Assembly: GCA_965113315.1 (NCBI GenBank)
Contig: OZ220364.1
DNA from: Podarcis vaucheri
Lineage: Eukaryota
Strand: one strand, 5' to 3'
DNA length: 64,000 nt
Under the pieces are notes generated by a model. The model saw only the letters and a list, made by a program, of their open reading frames with translations, was not told the DNA's origin and made no database searches. This document shows, piece after piece, positions 55,833 through 64,000 of this stretch. Positions within the stretch are counted from its first letter, which is position 1. The number at the start of each line of letters is the position of its first letter. The position numbers were made by a program, and so were the translations under genes.

Positions 55833-56696
55833 GTGAGGACATCTCAGTAGTCAGTTATCTTATTTGGATGTAACACTAAATTATGACTTAGCTGCATTAC
55901 ATGAATGGGCCTGCCTAACCCTAAGGCTTGCACACTTTCTTCTCCTCGTGCAGTACAGCAGTGAGGAGGAGATTGGGAGCTTTTGCTAACTGCAGTTTTG
56001 CATTATGCCTCATTATGACTGACTGAAACAAGCCTTCCAGCCACGGTTAATGCTGTCTAATTTCACTAACTTAACAACTCTGTAGTTTACCAAAAAATCA
56101 TTAGCAGTAATGTATGACATTTCAACAATTTCTAATTCATGAAATCTTAATTAATATATACAATGCGAAAATAATAATGACATGCGCAACTCAAAGCCAA
56201 GCAGCCCAAATATTCCTGAAATACGTCCATGAGAACAACTTTCTATTTGTGTACTTGTGCTGGTGCAATCCCAACAGAGCTCTGACAACAAGGTACCCGG
56301 ATTTCAGTCTCTGTTTCGTGAATCTTCTTCTGTTCTGCCCGAAAAGCAATTCAATGCGGCACTAAATAAACCAGCTCCAACCTTAGAATGACACATTGCT
56401 CTTTTTTTGAAAAGGCTGATCAGCCGACCTGAAGAAGTTGCATCTCTCCAGCCATGCCCTGAAAAAGACACCTGTCGCTGGGGAAAATTCTCGTTGCTAA
56501 GCAGATGTTTTAGGCGTGCCTCAAGGATGTGCTTCAAGACTTGTTCCAAGTTTATGTTGGCAATACACCAACACAGGGCGCTACTTGAAATTTGAGGTGC
56601 CATGGTTCTCCACTGCTTTGGTAGTACAGCCAGGTTTGTTCTAAGTAACGTTGCTCAGAGTTGAACATCTCAACAGCTCAGCGTTGTCATCTTGTG

Positions 56697-56927
56697 CAGT
56701 GGTACCTCAGGTGGAAGACACTTTAGGTTACAGCCGCTTCAGCTTACAGACTCTGCTAACCCAGAAATAGTACCTCGGGTTAAGAACTTTACCTCAGGAG
56801 GAGAACAGAAATCGCGTGGCGGCAGCGGGAGGCCCCATTAGCTAAAGTGGTACCTCAGATTAAGAACACTTTCAGGTTAAGAACGGACCTCCAGAATGAA
56901 TTAAGTTCTTAACCTGAGGTACCACTG
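56697..56927 (+). mobile_element. MITE family A flanked by TG on both sides
   Basis: TG|CAGTGGTACCTCAGG ... CCTGAGGTACCACTG|TG. Confidence 0.87.
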
Positions 56928-57472
56928 TGCTATAAAAATCTCTCTGAACTGAGACCTGCGAGTATAGGGCGGTATAGAAATTCAATAAATAGATGACTTT
57001 CTTTGTTCACAAGCTGACTGAGCAGCTGGAGACTTTTCAGGTGAGGTGTATTAAAACGAGGCAGCTAGAGGACATAACAATATCATCCTGTTCTTCCCAT
57101 GGCTGACCAGATGCCTCTGGAAAGCATGTAAGTGGAACCTGAGTGTAACAGGTTTCTCCTTATTTGTGATTCCCCAGTAACTGGTGTTCAGAAGGATACT
57201 ACCTCTGAAACCATATAAAATCGCCATCATGGATAATAGTTATTGGCAGCCTTCTCCTCCTTAAAAATCCCATTCTTAAGCCATCCAAACTGGTGAGCCT
57301 CACTACGCCCTGTGGAAACAAATTCTATAGTTTAATTCTGCATTTTGTGAAAGAGGACATCCTTTTTGTCTGTCTTGAACATTCACCTTCATTAGATATA
57401 GCTTCCTTCTCTGATTTTAGAATGTTTTATCATTTTACTGTTGTTAGCCGTTCTGAGCCCCGCTTCGGCTGG

Positions 57473-57602
57473 NNNNNNNNNNNNNNNNNNNNNNNNNNNN
57501 NNNNNNNNNNNNNNNNNNNNNNNNNNNNNNNNNNNNNNNNNNNNNNNNNNNNNNNNNNNNNNNNNNNNNNNNNNNNNNNNNNNNNNNNNNNNNNNNNNNN
57601 NN
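57473..57602. other. Assembly gap (130 N)
   Basis: Run of N. Confidence 1.
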
Positions 57603-59207
57603 TTATTTCTAAACCAAAAAGCCCCAAGTGTTGTGTAAAGAGAGTTCTACTTTTCTGATGGTTCTTCATCTCTTCAGTATCCTTTTTGCGGCAAGGTGGC
57701 TCAAACTTTTCATAGCATTTTGAGTGCAGGTGCACCGTAGCGTAACAGGAAACAAAAGGCGTAGCAGGAAAGAAAAGCCTTCCTGCACCAAAGGGAAAGG
57801 ATGATAATTGAAATGAAATGAGTCTCTGAATTAATCAGAGTCTGAAAATTGGGTGGGTGGGTGGTTGTGGTTGGGGGGCAGGGAGAAGCCAATGGTTCTG
57901 TGATTTTGTTGTATTATTTCAATAAAGTTATTTAGCTGTGTTTCTCAAGAAAATAGAGCTTCAGCGTTTTGTTGGGGTTTTTTGTTGGTTTTTAAGGAAA
58001 CCAGCACAGCTATTTTATTTATGACATTTCTATTCTTCCCCTCACCCAAGTCCTGTGGGCAGTTCACTGACTTTTTTTTTTAAAAAACAACATTTTAAAG
58101 AACAATACCTAATACTTAAGGTGCCCAGAAACACCCAGGAAGCGGTATCTATGTAGTAGTGTGAATGATACAATGGGGAGCAACAAAATGGACCTGGATA
58201 ATTTTATTAATCAAAGTAGCTTAGTAAATCGCAAATCCTCATGGGAAGAGAAAGTTAGAATGCTGGGATATAAGAAGAGCCTAAAAGTCTTTAGACGTCT
58301 TCTAAATTGCTTTGAGACCTGGACACTCAAAAATTTCTTAGGTGAGCTTTGGGATTATCTGTGGGCTCTTCCAGATCTCTCTATTGGGCATTCATCATGA
58401 TTTCACAAAGTTTGTGAAATTGATCATGCATTATTATTTGTTTGCAAGGAGGTTATGTAACGTTGTGTTACTGTCCCACAGTTTCTAGTGCTTTTTCTGG
58501 ATACTTTCCTTACTACGAAAAGACTGGTCCTGCCCCACTCTACCACCAGCAGGTTGGTTGCACATGAGTGCCAAATCTACTTTAATTGTCAGACCTGAAT
58601 TTGCCAGTAGATAATTGAATCCTGCCCGCAAAGCAGCAAAAGTCTAGAAGTGTTTGTTCCTCCTCGTTTACTGTTGTGTTTTGAAGTGGACAGGATCTTA
58701 ATTTTGGGAACACTGTATCTTTCTATCTTTAGTTCCTGAATAATAAATTTACCTTAAAAGAGATTCAGCAGTCTGTGGAGTCTGGTTCCTGCTTACAGGA
58801 GGGTGATAATTAAGTTTTACTGAGAAGCACAAGGGTTTGCTTATTTTTTTCTGCAACAATTAGGATCAGGATGTTAATTATTCCTACCAGATCACATCTG
58901 AGATAGGAGCTTATATCAGGGTCACAGATAATTCATAATATTTTATATTAACCTTACGGCAGCCGCAGTGATGCCATCATCCATAGAAATAAACCATGCA
59001 AGAAGTACAGATTAGCATCCAACATTACAGGATATGTTCCACAATTAATTACAGTATGATAATGTGAGATAAGTCAAGAACAATATAGGGTATATAAAAC
59101 ACTAATAGATGGGCTTTTAAAAGTTCATTGTTGACAAAAAGAATAAAACAAAGCCCTTGTATCCACTAAGTATGGCCAAGCATTACACAATGATCTATAA
59201 GTACTAG

Positions 59208-59545
59208 GGAAAGGGAAAGGACCCCTGGACGTTAAGTCAAAGGCGACTATGGGGTTGCGGGGCTCATCTCACTTTCAGGCCAAGGGAGTCGACATTTGTC
59301 CACAGACAGTTTTCTGGGTCATGTGGCCAGCATGACTAAACCACTTCTGGCGCAATGGAACACTTTGACAGAAGCCAGAGCACACAGAAACACTGTTTAC
59401 CTTCCCACCATAGCGGTACCTATTTATCTACTCGCACTGGCATGCTTTCGAACTGCTAGGTTGGCAGGAGCTGGGACAGAGCAACGGGAACTTACCCCAT
59501 CATGGGGATTCGAACTGCCGACCTTCCCATCACCACCTGCGTCCC
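59208..59545 (-). mobile_element. Sauria SINE (older, reverse strand)
   Basis: Reverse complement of the SINE body (CCTATTTATCTAC...TTCGAACTGCTAGGTTGGCAGG). Confidence 0.8.
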
Positions 59546-59761
59546 TCTGTAAGCACTAACCCATAATTCACCAGTTGAACAATCAGCTGGAACAGTAAAG
59601 GAGGACTGATATAATTGCCTTACTGTGCATGTTAAATGCTGGCTTCTGCTTATTTTTTCACTATTCCTTTAATTCTGTAGAATTAAGCACCTCTGATTGA
59701 CTTCCGTTAATTATCACTTTGGGCAAATAGCCCAGTCCTTATCTCTCAATAGTGTCTTGTA

Positions 59762-59987
59762 CCGTGGTACCACTGGTTACGTACTTAATTCCTTCTGGAG
59801 GTCTGTTCTTAACCTGAAACTGTTCTTAACCTGAAACACCACTTTAGCTAATGAGGCCTCCCACTGCTGCCGTGCCACCGCCGTGCGATTTCTGTTCTCA
59901 TCCTGAAGCAAAGTTCTTAACCCGAGGTACTATTTCTGGGTTAGCGGAGTCTGTAACCTGAAGCGTATGTAACCTGAGGTACCACTG
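59762..59987 (-). mobile_element. MITE family A
   Basis: Slightly degenerate left TIR, intact right TIR, TA TSD. Confidence 0.86.
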
Positions 59988-62739
59988 TATATCACCTTCA
60001 GATGCAAGCATAGGTCACCCTCATTCTGATGTAATCCTTTATGATTTTGCGTTTGTCGAAAGAGTAGCATGAACAAAGTGAGATCTCTTCCAGTTCCTTG
60101 GGTGTGCTATGTAAACAGAACCAATGAAGGCTGAACCAATGTTGGTGGCATTGATCCTTCCTATATCCATGCCATCAAGATCAAATCAGCAGATTTTGCC
60201 ACCGATTTTGCACTGTTACTTTGTAGAAACGAAGGTGTGTGTGATACTGGCGCAGGCAAATTTTAAGGTTTAGCTGTAGCCTTATGTAACTGAATCAGTT
60301 GCAAGTTTTATTTTGCAAGCTGTAAAATATTCAGTGACTTCTGAAGCGGCAGCGATTGCTTTGATTTTGTCCTAAGCTTGATAAATGTTTAATTAGATTT
60401 TAAAAAAAATGTGTACCTAGCGCACTCTGTTGTCTTCTTTAAATGTTCCTCCCCTCATTGTATGGAATCAGATATTTTGATTTTTGAAATATGAAATTCT
60501 GGGCTGTGAATATACTTAAGACTCCGTTACCTGGAAACAAGACCCACTGAGTTCATTTTGGTTTACTTCTGAGTAGGCACACAGAGATTTCAAAGTAGCC
60601 TTGTAAAACTCTTACCTGCCTGGGGGGTTGTCGATGTGATTGACAAAGTTCTGCATCTGAATTGTCACAAGAAGCAAAAGTCAAGCCACACATACAAACC
60701 TATGCTTGAACTGGATCTAACTAGTTTTTTTTTTTAATCGAAACATTGTTACATGGTTTTGAGCACCGGGATAAATGTTTGTGACCTGAAGTGATATAGC
60801 TGATTTTACTGTTACTATTTCAGAACTACTTGTACCCAAGTTAGATCAAGGTACAGGCTACTGGGTGTTGGGTTAATGAAAAAGCTTTTTAACTAATTGC
60901 AGGGATTCTCTTTAATTGGGTATCAAGAACCGGATAGATCCAGTTAATCTCTTACATAAGTCAGTGAAGCTGATCCAGGAAACCGTTCTCTTGGGCCTTT
61001 TGCTGTCTTGAGCAGTTAATAATAATTAATATTATTAAATATTAATTTTCAGCTTGCCTGATCCGGTTTTGTTCTTAAGACTCCCAAGTAAAAACTGGGT
61101 TAATTGCCCCCGTGTGCTTTATAATTAAATAAGTTGATGACTACCTCATGATAGATAGCAAGCCTAATCCTCAGGAGAACGGACAGTTCTGGGACGGAGA
61201 CAGCAAGAAGGTAAAGCCAGCTATCATGAGTGCCCCACGCTGGAATTATTTACTAAATCTTCAAAATTTATGGATTTGCCTGCCTCCTTTTTCCTTGTGT
61301 GTTGTTCCTTCAAGGAACCGAGAGGGCTCAGGGCTGGACGGAACTGAAACAAATCCTGTCAGGGTTTCTCTCCACCTAGGAGAAGCTTTGTCCTTACTGC
61401 ACTGTAAATAAATGGGCCAAACCCTCATGACTGTTCTTCCACAAATATTCCAAACAAAGCTGCTGTTCGCTTGCTCTCATGTTCTGCTTGAGGGTTTCGA
61501 ACAGGCATCTGGTTGGCCATTGTGAGAGAAAAAAACGCTGCAGTAGATGGACCACTGGCCTGATTCAGCAAGCTCTTCTTAAGTTCTTACACTCTGAAGA
61601 AAATTTAAACTGAATTGATATGTCTAAAACTGCTCGCTGGTTCTTGAATGTCGCGGGAACCTCAGGGTGCTAGCCCTGCTCAGAATAGATCCATTTAAAT
61701 TAAATAGTCTTTAGTTGATCCTGGTCTTTAATTTCAGTGGGTTTATTTTGAGTTGGACTAGTGTTAGATACAGCCCTCGGGATATTTGGCAGTCACCGGG
61801 CTGCTAATCTTGCCCATGTTTGTGCATGAACTTGACGATTATAGTAACTGGTTTTCCGATCCATGTTAGCTTATTCCCTTGAGTAGATTCTGAGCCCAGC
61901 CCAGTGAAAAGAGAAGACACAAGTCTCCTGATGTCTAAATGCTGAAGGCCTGCCCGTAGCTACTCTATAGTTCAGTTTCTCTTCTTGCGGTGAGCCAATA
62001 TGATCAGGGTCTTCATTGTGCAGGGCTCTGTAATTGTTGTCCCAGCAAAGTCTCCTCCCAACCTGTTGGCCTTCCAGATGTTTTTGGACTACAGCTCCCA
62101 TTGGCCTTGACCACCGGTCTTGCTTGGGCTGATGGGAGGTGGAGTCCAATAACATCAGGAGCACAACTGCTTGGGGAAAGTGACCTTGGCTTTCTCAGAG
62201 ACATTGTTCCGTGAGTACATTTAAAGTGCTATGATGCCACTTCAAACTCTCATGGCTTCCCCCAAGGAATTCTGGGAGCTGTAGTTTGTTAAAAGGTGCT
62301 GAGAGCTATTAGGAGGCCTCACAGAGCTCTAAATTCCCAGAATTCCCTTTGAAGAGGGATTGATTATAAAACAATTCCAGGCTATAATGGTCCAGCAATG
62401 CAGGAAGGGACCAGTTTCTTCAGATCCTAACAACAGCTGAGCCCATTGAATTATATACCACACAAGGCAGCTGCTTAGTCTGTTTGTATAGGAGAGCCAA
62501 CCTTGGTTTTTGCGATCATTATTTTGTTTGAAGTATTGCAAAGGATCCCCTTCTCCCTCTCTCTCCATTGTAATTAGGCAGGAAAGAAGCATTCTGTTGT
62601 AGCAATAGAATGAGTTAGAGTTAGTGTGTGGTAACCACAACAGTTTCCCTAGTTTGAAAATGTGTCCGTATCGCCCCAAAGGTTGGGAACTGATGCAGTA
62701 AAACAGTTCAGCTTTCCTTTCCCCTTCCTTTTTCTTTCT

Positions 62740-63200
62740 TTTCTTTTTCTTAAATTTGTTTATTTGGTTTTCAGATCAAAGTTTTGCAATCACATATCCA
62801 ATATGCAACATAAAAACAAGATTCTAAAGAATCTCCTGGACTTCTCTCTTCCCCTTTGTGGGTCCTATTGTGAATCATTTCCTCCTGCGTCTTTTATGAT
62901 AATCCAAATCTTTTACATCTCCATTATGTCCACAGTTCACCATTAAACTACAAGTGTTATTCCAGTCCTACTAACAGTTTTAACCGTTAACAATGGTTTT
63001 TATGGTAAATTAAAAATTTTCCCCATTCCTTATTAAAATTCTGGTCTTCCTGATTTCTGATTCTTCCGGGCATTTTTGCCAATTTGGCATAATCCATCAA
63101 CTTAAACTGCCATTCTTCTCTTGTAAGGACTTTATCTTCTTTCCATCTCTGGGCCAATAACATCCGCGCAGCCGTGCTCACATACATAAATAGTCTTTCC
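62740..63200 (-). mobile_element. L1-like LINE 3' fragment
   Basis: Encodes TAARMLLAQRWK...EEWQFKLMDYAKLAKM...W, like an L1/Tx1 ORF2 C-terminus, with an A-rich tail on the minus strand. Confidence 0.62.
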
Positions 63201-64000
63201 CCTTCATTTTTCAGGTCATTGTGATTGAAGAGAGGAACTTGCAGTTTGTTTATTTATTGTTCTTTTTAAAGTGGGGTCCCTTTGAATGAAAAATGAATTA
63301 TTTTTTAAGGAAAGGGTGATAGGCTGTTTATGAACGTTGACTTTTCAGGGGTAATATTAGTGTTTCTTTTTAAGTTACACATTGGGAGAATATGGCAACA
63401 AAGCGAAGTCTGTGGATCTCACATGGCTGGCAGCTTGTCTCCCTTGTTCATGAAATCAGGGAAATTAGGTAGTGCTAGGAACAACTAAGTTTTGAATTCG
63501 TGTATAGGAAATGGAAGGAAATTCAGGCTACAGGGTGTAAACGACTCTGCTTGGAAATGGCCAATTTTTTAATTTTTTTAATTGTAATATGTGCCGTGAC
63601 TTGTAAATATTCATGGCGTGTATTTGTCATACATGCGGTGGAAGACTTGATACGATGCAAGATGGAAATGATGGTAAAGATATATTTCATGCAGGGCACC
63701 GCGAGTCCGTTTGGGAACGGTGAGTTTGTTTGTTCCCAACATCCAAGAGTTTATACACGCACAAATACGCAAATGCACACGCACTAGCCGTAATCTTGTT
63801 CCTCTTCACCATTTGTCATCCCGCCCTTTTCCCTTCGGAGGGCCCTGAGGAAGAGCAGGCCTTGTTAGAGGAGACAAATATAGCTGTAAACAAGAAAACA
63901 GGACATGTTCTCTGGCAATTTAAAAATAACCTAGCCTAGGTTATAATTGCCCAGGCTTCCCCCAAATTCTGCGTGGGAATGTTGAAGCCACCTGGAATTT

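Noticed and set aside
57293-57735. ORFs spanning the N run, or a hidden ARSG exon in the gap
   Set aside because: The ORFs are artefacts of N translation. The gap follows an L2-like terminus where a (TTA)n tail is expected, though its content cannot be seen.
55833-64000. Next ARSG coding exon (expected PFLLY...HMH-type sequence)
   Set aside because: Not found in the ORF track or by eye; it presumably lies downstream of the window.

Overview
This is vertebrate genomic DNA from a squamate reptile, inferred from Sauria SINEs, BovB, CR1 and L2 (probably a lacertid lizard; not certain). It covers the conserved AMZ2 - SLC16A6 - ARSG locus. The + strand carries the last four coding exons of AMZ2 (archaemetzincin-2, stop at 6592-6594) and the first five coding exons of ARSG (arylsulfatase G, ATG at 48459, continuing past the window). 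The - strand carries the complete five-exon CDS of SLC16A6 (MCT7, 524 aa, 24938-17892). Three CpG islands mark likely promoters, and SLC16A6 probably lies antisense inside ARSG intron 1. The rest is transposon-rich intron: about 16 TA-flanked Tc1/mariner-pogo MITEs, five hAT MITEs with 8-bp TSDs, two solo LTRs with 5-bp TSDs, a split Tigger transposase relic, SINEs, LINE fragments and a 130-N gap. I found no convincing new protein-coding system. The best leads are a Penelope-type palindrome with decayed hammerhead-ribozyme cores, a three-layer Tigger>LTR>MITE nest, two different tRNA heads on one CR1 tail, a MITE with a TG rather than TA target duplication, uORFs before the ARSG start codon, an AP-1/ARE motif cluster and a candidate distal SLC16A6 promoter.
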